A program made the position numbers and the translations under genes. The notes under the pieces are model-generated. The model ran no database searches. It saw nothing but the letters and a program-made list of their open reading frames with translations, and was not told the origin of the DNA. DNA of 64,000 nucleotides from an uncultured delta proteobacterium (GTDB lineage: Bacteria; Myxococcota; Myxococcia; Myxococcales; Myxococcaceae), in assembly GCA_963713045.1 (NCBI GenBank), contig CAVQKE010000004.1, positions 64,001 to 128,000 of the forward strand. The letters are read 5' to 3'. Positions 21,295 to 31,525 of the stretch are shown piece by piece (the first letter of the stretch is position 1; the number at the start of each line of letters is the position of its first letter).

Positions 21295-21784
21295 ACTGCC
21301 TCGCTACGAATGGGTAACCCAGGGCCGCGCACTCCGCCAGGACACGGTCGACCAGCCCAGGAATTGCCCGTTCCACGGATGGCGTCCGCTCGACACCCAA
21401 CCCCATCGCTTCGGGAACGAGGCCCAGCAGGAGTAGGTGGCTCGGAAGCGACCCCTGCCAACGGGCCGCACCAATGAGGTCGCTCACGCCCACCTGGTGG
21501 ACAGAGAGTCGGTGTTCCGCAGCGTGTGCCACCTCATCGCCCTCGAGCCGCACGAATGAGCCGGGGGGCCCATCTGAGCGAATGGCATCGATGATGAGCA
21601 CCGTGTCGGCCGATTCCAGCGTTGGAAGCAGCGAAAGGCCGAGCGTCCCGCCGTCGAGGACCCGCACCCCTTCTGGGGGCTCATACTGTCGGAGGAGGCT
21701 GGCGACGGCAGCAACTCCCACGCCATCATCTTGGCAAAGGAGATTGCCTAGGCCGAGCACAAGCAGACGGTCACGCTCGAACAT
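21215..21784 (-). CDS. hyaD: Hydrogenase maturation protease (HyaD/HybD)
   Basis: VLGLGNLLCQDDGVG, LDGGT, IIDA, SVHQ. Confidence 0.93.
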   Translation of the reverse strand: MFERDRLLVLGLGNLLCQDDGVGVAAVASLLRQYEPPEGVRVLDGGTLGLSLLPTLESADTVLIIDAIRSDGPPGSFVRLEGDEVAHAAEHRLSVHQVGVSDLIGAARWQGSLPSHLLLLGLVPEAMGLGVERTPSVERAIPGLVDRVLAECAALGYPFVARQCDETSKTPGLVGDDALGLFGLHYEVR

Positions 21785-22538
21785 GGCTTTTGCGTCTCTC
21801 TCGCGGGCCGAAGTCATCTTTGCCCGCCTCGAGTTCCTCACGGAAAAGAAACTTGTTCCCGGAGAAGATGGAGTCGAGCTCGCCGTTGCGCTCCTGTTTT
21901 GAGGTGAGAAGAGCGCTGTACACGTGGTGAATTACAAAGCCAAGAATCAGCCACATGACGACATGGTGAACGATGCGCGCTGTCTGGAGGCCCCCCACCA
22001 GCGGCGCCAAGCCGTGGAAAAGGTACATCGGGGACGTCACTGTGGCGCTTGCACCGTACAGCGCAAGTCCGGTCACAATCATCACCACGTAAAGGAAAAA
22101 CACACCGGTGTAGGCGAGACCAGCCACCGAATTGTGGGCAATTGCGCCCGGAGTCTCCACCGAGAAGAAGGTGTAGAAGCGTAGGGTCCTTGCGAAATTG
22201 CGCCAGCGCTCGCGAGTCGTCGGGATGAACTGCCGCCAGGACGCCTGCTTGGGACCGATGAAGAACCACACCAGCCGGGCACAAAACGAAATAATAAAAA
22301 CGATGGCTGCGTAGAAGTGGATGGTCTTCATCCACCCCATGAGGAAGTGCGGCGTTGCCGGTCCAACCGAGCCCTGGAAGGGGTTGCCCATGTACAGGCC
22401 GGTGATGGCGAGGACGAGGATGCTCCCGGCAATGAGCCAATGCACGCTGCGGATGACGGCATCCCAGACGTAGACCCGAACGCGAGGTTCCTCCTCGGTA
22501 TGGAGCACCCACGTCCTGTAGGCGCCTGCGGTGCTCAC
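21771..22538 (-). CDS. hyaC: [NiFe]-hydrogenase b-type cytochrome subunit
   Basis: VYVWD..RSVHW, IHF, HNSVA, HHVVMW..HHVY heme histidines, four TM helices. Confidence 0.93.
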   Translation of the reverse strand: MSTAGAYRTWVLHTEEEPRVRVYVWDAVIRSVHWLIAGSILVLAITGLYMGNPFQGSVGPATPHFLMGWMKTIHFYAAIVFIISFCARLVWFFIGPKQASWRQFIPTTRERWRNFARTLRFYTFFSVETPGAIAHNSVAGLAYTGVFFLYVVMIVTGLALYGASATVTSPMYLFHGLAPLVGGLQTARIVHHVVMWLILGFVIHHVYSALLTSKQERNGELDSIFSGNKFLFREELEAGKDDFGPRERRKSHVRA

Positions 22539-24239
22539 GGCCGCCTCACCCGCGCCAACTCGCGTTTATGGACATCGACGACATGGACTCCGCACGCCAT
22601 GCACGGGTCGAAGGAGTGCACCGTTCGGAGAATTTCCAGGGGTTGCTCAGGAATTGCCACCGGCGTCCCAAGCAGCGATGCCTCGTATGGACCGCGTTTT
22701 CCTGCTTCATCTCGCGGTCCAGCGTTCCAAGTGCTCGGAACCACGCACTGATAATTGACGATGACACCGTCTTTGATGTGCACCCAGTGACCGAGCGCGC
22801 CCCGCGGCGCCTCATGGTAGCCGGCGCCGAAGGCCTCCTTCGGCCAACTGGACGGGTTCCACTTGGCGTTGTCTTGTATCCGCAAGTCGCCGGACCCCAT
22901 GTTGTCCGCCAACGCGCTAATCCAGCCGTCCATCTTTTCAGCCAGCAGGACGGTCTCGATGCAGCGCGCCGCGATGCGCCCCAGCGTCGAGAACAGTGCT
23001 TCAGGTCCCACCTTGAGGTGCCCTAGCACGTCCCCACCAACTCGCGGACGCGCGCGTGTCCCGAGCCATACGCCACCAGCATGCGGGCCAACGGCCCGAC
23101 CTCCATCGCTTCGCCGGAATAGCGCGGAGACTTCAACCAACTGTACTTCTGGGCGAGGTCCAGGCGTTCATAGGGAGGTTGCGGTCCGGTGTAGTGGGGT
23201 AGCGTCTCGCCCTGCGAGGGGTGAAGCGGCTTGTCGTCGCCGCCGGAATAGTCATACCAAGCGTGCTTGACCGACTCGGTAATATGATTCGGTTCCAGTG
23301 CCAAAACCTTCCCGATGTCTTGTTTTAGAATGATTCCCGCGGGGAGAAACAGCCGAGGGTTGGGCCCGTCTTCTTCCGGGTACGCCCCGTAGGCCATGTA
23401 GTTGCCGACCCCGCTCCCGTAGCCTGCCCATTCCTTGTAGAAGGAGGCGATGGCGAGCACATCCGGCAAATAGACGCGCTTGACGAAGTCCTGCGCCTTG
23501 GCAGCCAGCGCACGGAGTTGGTCGATGCTTCCGATGTTCAGCGCTGCCTGACTGTTTGGGTCCACCGGGGTGGCCATTCCCCCCACGAGAAAGGATTGGA
23601 GGTGGGGGTTCTTGCCGCCAAGGATGGCGTGAATCTTGATGAATTCTCGTTGCCAATCCAAAGCTTCAAGATAATGGGCCACCGCCATGAGGTTCGCCTC
23701 CGGCGGGAGCTTGTAGGCAGGGTGGCCCCAGTAAGCGTTCGCGAACGGTCCGAGCTGGCCACGGTCGACGAATTCCTTCAGCCGCGTCTTGACGCCCGAG
23801 AAGTATTTGGTGCTCGACAGTGGCCAGTCGGAGATGGATTCGGCCAAGGTTGAGGTCTTGGCTGGGTCTGCCGAGAGTGCGGACACCACGTCCACCCAGT
23901 CCAACGCATGCAGATGGTAGAAATGGATGACGTGGTCCTGGAGCACTGGGCCGCGTTAATCATGTTCTGAGGATTCGCGCGTTGGGCGGCGGGGTCGCCC
24001 CGATTGCATTTTCGACCGCCCGGATGGACGCGATGGCGTGAACCGTGGTGCAAACGCCGCAGATGCGCTGGGTGAAGGCCCAAGCGTCACGTGGGTCGCG
24101 CCCTCTTGAGGATGATCTCGATGCCACGAAACATCGTGGACGAGGACCAGGCGTCCTTCACTTGCCCGCCATCCACCTCTGCCTCGATGCGAAGGTGCCC
24201 TTCAATGCGGGTGACGGGATCGACAACCACGTGTGTCAT
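22535..24239 (-). CDS. hyaB: Group 1 [NiFe]-hydrogenase large subunit, interrupted by about four 1-nt indels
   Basis: [10 protein letters not shown]1 [32 protein letters not shown]2 [11 protein letters not shown] plus cleavable tail; indels near 24108, 23969, 23945 and 23030. Confidence 0.93.
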
Positions 24240-25381
24240 GGCGCTTCTCCCAGGCGACGGTTGAGGTCGGCGATGGCGGCTGGCTCGGCGGCTCGGTGTC
24301 GGGCCCCTCATGAGTCGCGAGGCGGTGCTGGACGAGTTTGCCACGGCGTGTGCGCGCGAAGGCAGCGCGATGCCCGCCGCCAGCCAGACACCGACGGTGT
24401 CAATACCGGCGGAAACGCCGAAGCCAGCCACGTTCGGCAAGTGCTTGTAGAAGGGTGTCATCTTGTCCCAGAAGTCCGGCTCTGCGCAGCCGATGCAGGG
24501 GTGGCCGCAGCCGATGGGCCAATTGGTGCCATCATTCCAGCGAACGTTGGGACAGTTCTGATGGGTGACCGGCCCCTTGCAGCCCATCTTGAAGAGGCAG
24601 TACCCCTCCCGGTGCCCTTGGTCGCCCCAGGCCTCAACATACTGGCCAGCATCGAAGTGAGCGCGCCGCTCGCAGGCGTCGTGAATGCCGTGCCATAGGC
24701 GAACAGCGGCCGACCGACCCCGTCCACTGGCGGCCAACGCTTGAAGGTGAGGTAGTAGCTGATGAGGGCCACCATGTTTGCCGCATTGGCTGGGCAGGCG
24801 GAAAGGTTGATGAGGTTCTTGACGCCCGGGACCGCGTCGGCGACTCCCAGAGCACCGGTCGGATTGGGTGCCGCGGCTGGGAGGCCCCCGTACGTGGCGC
24901 AAGTGCCCATGGCAATCGTTGCCGCTGCACCGCCACACACCTCTCGAGCGATGGAGAGCGCCGACTTTCCACCGATGGTGCAGTAGGCACCGCCAGCGCC
25001 CGTCGGGATGGAACCCTCGACGACGGCCAGGTACTCGCCTTTGTTCGTCTTGACGACGTTGGCCAGTGCGGCCTCTGCCTGTTGGCCGGCCGCCGCCATG
25101 ATGGTCTCGTGGTAGTCGAGCGAGAGAAGGTCCAGAATCACCTCGCCGACCGTGGGCGCGCTGGACCGGAGAAACGACTCCGTGTTTCCGCAGCAGTCCT
25201 GGAATTCCAGCCAGACGAGGATTGGTTTCTTGGTCTTACTTAAGGCAGCTGCGATTTTTGTCGCGGCCGAGCCAGGGAGCGCGAATGTGCTCGCGATTCC
25301 GGCACAAAAAAGGACGAATTCCCGTCGGCTTATGCCCCGCCGCTTCAGCTCTCCAATCAGCCACCCCTCTTCGGTACCCAT
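24240..25381 (-). CDS. hyaA: Group 1 [NiFe]-hydrogenase small subunit, Tat-exported, frameshifted
   Basis: SRREF Tat motif; QDCCGNTES, GTCATYGG, SACP, IHDACERR, CLFKMGCKGP, CP..WN, GHPCIGC; indel near 24687 and more in the C-terminal TM tail, so the 3' end is uncertain. Confidence 0.9.
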
Positions 25382-25446
25382 CGCTGCCTCCGGGGATTCT
25401 GGGCCCCACGTCAGCTGCTTTGCGCCACGCTCTTCTAGGTGGGTGC

Positions 25447-25463
25447 TGCAAGACTAGGACCGT
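25447..25463 (-). promoter_or_regulatory. Putative internal sigma54 promoter for hydrogenase structural genes
   Basis: ACGGTCCTAGTCTTGCA = GG-N10-GC, about 65 bp before the small-subunit ATG. Confidence 0.6.
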
Positions 25464-25499
25464 CTCCCCAGCCCCGAACGTCCGGGGGGAAACCCGCTC

Positions 25500-25893
25500 T
25501 CAGTCGCCAAAACGTGCGTTGGTACCCGTGCTTGCCCGCAAAGTGTGCGGGTCCGGTACCTCGAGTTCGATGCGCTCGAGCATCAATTCATCCCCGGTCG
25601 AAAGGCTGCCCGGCACATCGCAGTCTGGGCACCTGAGGACAGCTCCCCGGGCCATCGGGCGAGCGCACTTCGGACACACCCAACGCGCTTCGACCCAATG
25701 GATGACGAGCTCTGTCTCAGGACAGTGGCCGGCAGCACGAAATGTTTCGAAGGCGGTGGCGAAGAGATTTGGGTCCACACCGGCCAGCTCTCCGATGCCA
25801 ACGGTGACCTTTCGCACCGCCGTGGCTCCGCGGGCACGTGCCTGAGCGGTCATTTGGTCGAGGAGAATCCCCCACGAGCGAGTATTCGTGCAT
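25500..25893 (-). CDS. hypA: Hydrogenase nickel metallochaperone HypA (+1 G in a G-run near 25870)
   Basis: MHEYSLV start at 25893, then other frame VGIGELAGVD, CPKC, CPDC, GDELMLERIELE. Confidence 0.9.
25536..25550. promoter_or_regulatory. NmpR-like enhancer box inside hypA 3' tail
   Basis: CCGCA-AAGTG-TGCGG, perfectly palindromic arms; weaker CGCCA-AAACG-TGCGT at 25505-25519. Confidence 0.6.
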
Positions 25894-25895
25894 CG

Positions 25896-26729
25896 TCAGA
25901 CCTGCGGGAAACGGGGGCTCCGCTTGGCGAAAAACGCCTCCAGACCTTCACTGAACTCGGGTCCATCCGCGCTGCGAACCAGGTTCTCCAGCTCTTGGTC
26001 GAGGTGGTAATCGAGGCGGTCCACTCCCGCAGCCTCGTTGAAGAGCGATTTGGCCATCCCATAAGCACGGGTGGGTCCGGCGGCCAAGCGCCTGGCGAGC
26101 GACAGGACTTCTGCGTCGAATCCTTCGGTGGGGAGTACGCCACTCACCAAACGGGCTTGTTGTGCCGCCCGAGCGTCGAGGCGAGGGTTGAGGAACAGCA
26201 TGTCCAATGCGAAGCGCAGACCAACGAGCTTCGGCAGAAAGAAGGTGGAGCTCTCCGCGCCGCTGAGCCCGGTTTTGGCGTAGGCCCATTCGAAACTGGC
26301 GCGCTCGGAAGCGAAGACCAGGTCGCATGCCATCGCCAGTCCAAACCCGCCGGCGGCACAGGCTCCATCCACCGCGGCGATGAATGGTTTTGGAGCGCGG
26401 CGAATCTCAGAAATGGTGCTGTGAAGGTATTCGAGGATTTGCTTGAAGACCTCTCCGTAGCCTCCCGGCACGGTTCGGGAGGCAGGGCTCAGGTAATGCA
26501 TCTTGGCGGCGTCGCCACCGGCCCGGATGAATTTCAAGTCTGCGCCGCTGCAGAACATTCCGGGAAGGCCACGCAGGACCACGGCCCGGACTTTGCGGTC
26601 GCGAGCCAGCTGGAGCCCCGCCTGGCGCAAATCCTGAGCGGTCTCCACGTCCAGCGAGTTGAAATGTTCCGGACGGTCGATGGTGAGAATTCCGACGCCT
26701 TCGTCCACTTCAATGTGGATGTGTTTCAT
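25896..26729 (-). CDS. Stand-alone enoyl-CoA hydratase/isomerase (crotonase)-fold protein in the hyp operon; candidate HypX C-domain analogue
   Basis: FCSGADL, KPFIAAVDGACAAGGFGLAMACD, AYAKTGLSGAESSTFFLPKLVG; 10 bp after hypE stop and 2 bp before hypA start. Confidence 0.9.
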   Translation of the reverse strand: MKHIHIEVDEGVGILTIDRPEHFNSLDVETAQDLRQAGLQLARDRKVRAVVLRGLPGMFCSGADLKFIRAGGDAAKMHYLSPASRTVPGGYGEVFKQILEYLHSTISEIRRAPKPFIAAVDGACAAGGFGLAMACDLVFASERASFEWAYAKTGLSGAESSTFFLPKLVGLRFALDMLFLNPRLDARAAQQARLVSGVLPTEGFDAEVLSLARRLAAGPTRAYGMAKSLFNEAAGVDRLDYHLDQELENLVRSADGPEFSEGLEAFFAKRSPRFPQV

Positions 26730-26739
26730 GAACATCTCC

Positions 26740-27774
26740 TCAACAGATTCGCGGGAGCGGTTCGCCCTCTGGCTCAGTGAGCAGTCGCCGGCCCAGTCCA
26801 GTGTCTAGAATCACCCGACCGAGGTGCTCACCGATGCAAGTGCCGACGATGGCCGCCTTCTGGCCGAGCGGATGGGAGCGCAACGCAGCCAGCACGCGCT
26901 CCGCCGATTCTGGCCGCACGCCGAGGACAGCCTTTCCTTCGTTGGCCACGTGAAGCGGGTCGATGCCAAGAAGCTCTGCCGCTGCGCGGACCGGTTCCGT
27001 GAGGGGCACCCGACCTTCTTCCAAGACCACCCCGACACCGCTCTTCTCGGCCATCTCGTGCAGGGCGCTGGCCAACCCGCCTCGGGTGGGATCCTTCATC
27101 GCGACAACATCGGCGCCGCCAGCGACGAGGGCCAACCGAATGAGCTCGTTAATCGGAGCCACGTCGGAAAGAAGGTCCCCTTGCAGAGCCAGCTTGTGCC
27201 GCGCCGCAAGCACCGCGAAGCCATGGTCCCCCATGGTGCCGGAGACCAGCACCCGGTCTCCCGGTCGAAGCCCATTGTCTCGAACGACACGGTCGGTGAA
27301 CGCGACGCCCGCCGTGTTGAGGACCAGACCATCGAGCTCGCCTCGACCCATGACTTTGGTGTCCCCGGTGACGATGGGTGCCCGCGCCTCGCGCGAGGTA
27401 GCACGGATGGAAGCCTGTATCCGCACAAGGTCCGCCGAGGGGAAGCCATCCTCGATAATGACGGCACACGTTAAAGCGAGCGGTTCAGTGGCGCCCATCA
27501 TGGCCAGGTCGTTTACCGTCCCAGCGACCGAGAGTCGTCCGATGTCGCCACCAGGAAAAAAGAGTGGGTGGATGACGTGTGAGTCCGTGGTGAGGATGAG
27601 CCAGCGGCCTCCGACGGGAATGGCGGCGCCATCGTCCATGGCAGCCAGCCCCACGCCTTCGAATGGCATCTCGGACCCTTCGACGAAGACTTGCTCGATG
27701 AGAGTCCGCATCGCCCGGCCCCCTGCGCCGTGTTTCAGGGTGACGCGCTCGCCAATGGGCAGCTGGAGCTTCAT
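26740..27774 (-). CDS. hypE: Hydrogenase maturation carbamoyl dehydratase HypE
   Basis: HGAGG, TTDSH, GTVNDLAM, KDPTRGG, ANEG, C-terminal PRIC. Confidence 0.97.
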   Translation of the reverse strand: MKLQLPIGERVTLKHGAGGRAMRTLIEQVFVEGSEMPFEGVGLAAMDDGAAIPVGGRWLILTTDSHVIHPLFFPGGDIGRLSVAGTVNDLAMMGATEPLALTCAVIIEDGFPSADLVRIQASIRATSREARAPIVTGDTKVMGRGELDGLVLNTAGVAFTDRVVRDNGLRPGDRVLVSGTMGDHGFAVLAARHKLALQGDLLSDVAPINELIRLALVAGGADVVAMKDPTRGGLASALHEMAEKSGVGVVLEEGRVPLTEPVRAAAELLGIDPLHVANEGKAVLGVRPESAERVLAALRSHPLGQKAAIVGTCIGEHLGRVILDTGLGRRLLTEPEGEPLPRIC

Positions 27775-28922
27775 GGGGTGACCTCCAAGGCTCGGTGAAG
27801 GTCCGGGTGACCGCCGTACTGATGCCAGATTTTACAAGTGCCCTCGCTGCTCACCATGCACGCCCCGACAGGAGTGTCCGGAAGGCACGCTTTCCCAAAG
27901 AGCGGGCAGTCGGTGGGGGACTTCAGACCCGCCATGATGTCACCGCAGACGCACTGTTGGACCAGAGTGGGTGGCGCGAAATTCCAGAGCTTGGCCAAGT
28001 CAATGTGAAATCGCCGCCGCGCGTCGAGGTGCGCCCACTCGTCGCGGAACCGGAGGTTGCCATTGGGTACATGGGCGATGCCGCGCCACCGGCCTCCGAG
28101 CGGTCGAAAGACTTTCCATAGCTGTGCCTGGGCAGCTTCGTTTCCCTCGCGAGTGACGCAGCGTGGGTACATGTTGTCGACTCTCGGAGTGCCACTGAGG
28201 ATGAGTTCCACCAGTCGCACCAAGCCGGCGAGCACGTCGAGTGGTTCAAAACCCGCCACCACGACCGGCAGCTGATGCCGATCAACAAAAGGCTCAAAGA
28301 CGCCCCAGCCGGTGATGGTGGCCGCGTGACCCGCCGCCAGAAAGCCCTCGACCCGCGTTTCCGGCATCTCGGCGACGATCTCCATCACCGGAGGGATGTA
28401 CTTGTGGGCGGAGAGGACGGAGAAGTTGGGGGGCGGCCCTCGCAGAACCTCCGCCGCAGTCGCCACCGCGGTGGTCTCGAACCCAGTGGCGAAGAAGACA
28501 ATCTCCTCACTGGTCTGCCGGGCCAACTCCACCGCTTGGGAGACGCTGTAGACGACATCAACATGAGCACCCAAGCCGCGCGCGTCGGCGAGGGAGCCAG
28601 CCGACCCCGGCACCTTGAGCATGTCCCCGTAGGTCGCGACCCGTACTCCCTGTTGCGCCAGGGCCACGCCCTCGTCCACCTCGGGGATGTCTGTGATGCA
28701 CACCGGACAACCGGGACCCATGATGACATCCAGCGCCTCCGGGAAGACATGCCGGAGCCCGAAGCGCGCGATGGCCTGCTCGTGGCTTCCACAGACGTGC
28801 ATCACTGCGACTGGCCGTCCCAACGCCGCGGTCAATTGCTCCAGTTTCTTGGCGAGCGTCTTTCCGCGCTCCGGATCCCGGAACTTGAGCTGCAGAGCGT
28901 CCCGTTCGGAAGCGAGGCTCAC
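27771..28922 (-). CDS. hypD: Hydrogenase maturation protein HypD
   Basis: HVCGSH, GPGCPVC, GFETT, GACMVSSEGTC. Confidence 0.97.
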   Translation of the reverse strand: MSLASERDALQLKFRDPERGKTLAKKLEQLTAALGRPVAVMHVCGSHEQAIARFGLRHVFPEALDVIMGPGCPVCITDIPEVDEGVALAQQGVRVATYGDMLKVPGSAGSLADARGLGAHVDVVYSVSQAVELARQTSEEIVFFATGFETTAVATAAEVLRGPPPNFSVLSAHKYIPPVMEIVAEMPETRVEGFLAAGHAATITGWGVFEPFVDRHQLPVVVAGFEPLDVLAGLVRLVELILSGTPRVDNMYPRCVTREGNEAAQAQLWKVFRPLGGRWRGIAHVPNGNLRFRDEWAHLDARRRFHIDLAKLWNFAPPTLVQQCVCGDIMAGLKSPTDCPLFGKACLPDTPVGACMVSSEGTCKIWHQYGGHPDLHRALEVTP

Positions 28923-29215
28923 GGCGTCTCCACCGTCCGAGGTCCCGCTGCCTGAAGCTCGGCACGGACGTCGGCAGCCATCAGGTCTTCCTCCGCTTCT
29001 ATACGGAGAAGGTCTTGATAGAGCTTCAGCGTCGCCAATCCCTCCTCGGCTGGGATGCGCCGGATGGCGAACCCGACGTGGTTGAGGATGTAGTCACCCG
29101 GCGTCACTGGCTCGTCGACGACATCGAGACGCACCTGTTTGCGGATGCCCCAGAAGTCGACAGTGGCCAGCAGCCCGTTCACTTCCACGACCTTGCCCGG
29201 GACGCCAAGACACAT
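28919..29215 (-). CDS. hypC: Hydrogenase chaperone HypC
   Basis: MCLGVPG, GDYILNHVGFAI; GGAGG RBS. Confidence 0.96.
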   Translation of the reverse strand: MCLGVPGKVVEVNGLLATVDFWGIRKQVRLDVVDEPVTPGDYILNHVGFAIRRIPAEEGLATLKLYQDLLRIEAEEDLMAADVRAELQAAGPRTVETP

Positions 29216-29219
29216 ACCT

Positions 29220-31512
29220 CTATCCTCCTCTTTCCTCTGCGCCTCGGGAGACAGCGTCGGCGACGAGTGCTTGCCCGAGGGCGATGCCCCCGTCCCCGGG
29301 TGGGACTTGCTGATGCAGTCGAACGTCAACGCCCGGTCCGAGCTCGGAAACAATCCCCTCGGCGAGGCGGGGGTTTTGGAAACAACCGCCGGTGAGCACC
29401 ACTGGCAATGGGCCCCGCGTTTCGAGGACCGCCCTCACCATCGCCGCTGTCCCACGGATGAGGGTGTTGTGAAAAGCCGCAGAGATGCTTGCCGGGTCAC
29501 GTCCAGCGATGAGGTCAGCGACTGCTTCCTGGACCATGCCCCTGAGGTCCAGGCGCCATGGGTCGCTCGTGCGGTCTAAATGGTAGCCATAGACTCGTGT
29601 CTCGGTGGGATCCGCGATGAGGTTCCAGGCCAACGCGACCTCGCCTTCGTAGCGGGCCTCGCTGCGCTGCAATCCCAGCGCTCCCATCGCGTCGAAATAG
29701 CGCCCAGCGCCATGAGAGGGGGGGTTGTTGAGTCCACCGGCCATGACTTGGCGCATCAGTGCCAAGCGCGGTTCGGAGATTGACCGAAAGAGAGGGATGT
29801 CCATCAACGGGGGCTGACCGTCGAAGGCGTCGTCGACCAGCGCCAGCGCAATTCGCCAAACCTCTCGAATGGCGCGATCCCCGCCCGGGAGTCGGATGGG
29901 CCACAGAGTTGCCAGGCGCTCAAAGCCAGCCAGCGTCGCCACCAGCACCTCTCCACCCCAGGATGTGCCGTCCGTGCCGTAGCCGGCGCCATCGAACGCG
30001 ACGCCCACCACCGGTCCCTCGAGGCCGTGCTCTGCCATGGCGCTGGCAACGTGCGCGTGGTGATGCTGGACCGGCACGTGGATCGGCTCCGGTCTCTGGC
30101 GTGCGAAAGCGGTCGAGACGTAGTCTGGGTGGAGGTCGTGCGCGATGACCTCAGGGCGAACATCAAAGAAGCGCTCCATCCGCGCGATGGCTTCGCCATA
30201 GGCCGCGAGGACCGTCGGGTCATCGAGGTCTCCGACATGCGGCCCGAGCACAGCCGAGTCGCCGAAGGCGAGACAGAATGTATTCTTCAGCTGTGCACCG
30301 CAGGCCAAGACGGGGCGTGTCAGCTTCCGCCCCAGTCGAATTGACCTGGGGACGTAGCCGCGCGATCGGCGCAGCATCAGCGGGGCCCCGTTGACCATCC
30401 GGGCCACCGAGTCATCGCACCGAGTGATGATCTCGCGGTCATGGACGAGGAAAAAATCGGCAATGTCGGAGATTCGGACCAGGTCCGTGTCCCGGTAGGC
30501 AATCGGTTCGTCGGAGAGGTTGGCGGACGTCATCACCAGCGGCCGCCCGATATCAGCCAGGAGCAGGTGGTGCAGCGGCGTATACGCAAGCATCAAACCC
30601 ACCAGGGGGTTCTGCGGCGCGATTTCGTCGGCGAGGCCCGAACTCTGCAGTCGCCTCACGAGAACAATGGGGCGTGCCGTGGATTGCAGCAGCTCGCACT
30701 CGGCATCGCTCAAGGCAGCCAGTCGCTGTGCCTCGGCAACTGTGCGCACCATCACCGCAAATGGTTTCGCGTCGCGCCGTTTGCGCAGCCGTAGCTCGGT
30801 AACGGCTTCCGGGGCAGTTGCATCGCACGCCAGGTGGAATCCGCCGATGCCCTTCACCGCGACGATTTTGCCTCTCGTCAGTGCAGCGGCCGCGGACTGA
30901 ATCGCGTCCTTCGTCAGGACCTCTTCGCCGGAACGGGCGAGGAGTCGGAGCTGCGGGCCGCAGCAGGCGCAGGCGTTGGGCTGAGCGTGGAAGCGTCGGT
31001 CATCTGGGTCCTCGTACTCCCGCCGGCACTCCCCGGCACATTGGAAACTTCGCCATCGACGTGGCAGGCCTGTCGTAGGGCACGTCGAGGGCAATGGTGA
31101 ATCGGGGCCCGCAGTTGGTGCAGTTGGTAAATGGGTAGCGGTAGCGCCGGTTCCGCACGTCGAAAATCTCCGACACGCAGTCGCGACAGGTTGCAAGGTC
31201 CGGCGGAATCGACGGTTCGCGCAGCGCATTCGCTTGGCTGGCGCCGATGGTGAATGCCGCCTCGTTGCGTACTTCGATGGCTGTCCAGCTCAGCCGCCGG
31301 ATTGCTGCCGCCGGCGGGGGATTGGCCTCGATGGCGTGGAGAAAACGGTCCAGGGATTCCTGATTCCCGAAGGCATCGATGGTGACGCCCCGGCCGTCAT
31401 TGTGAACCTGGCCCTTGATGCCGAGCGTTTTCGCGATTCGGTAAATCCAGGGTCTAAAGCCGACTCCCTGCACCGTTCCGAGCACTTCGATTCGGCGGCC
31501 CTGGAGCTCCAT
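29220..31512 (-). CDS. hypF: Carbamoyltransferase HypF (one indel near 31030)
   Basis: Acylphosphatase GTVQGVGFRP, zinc fingers CRDC..CTNC / C..C..CACC, KGIGGFHL, QHHHAH, PPGDGG. Confidence 0.95.
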
Positions 31513-31525
31513 GCGCTCTCATCCA

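Noticed and set aside
24087..24938. Apparent small/large subunit fusion ORF
   Set aside because: Produced by frameshifts; the large subunit has its own RBS and ATG at 24239
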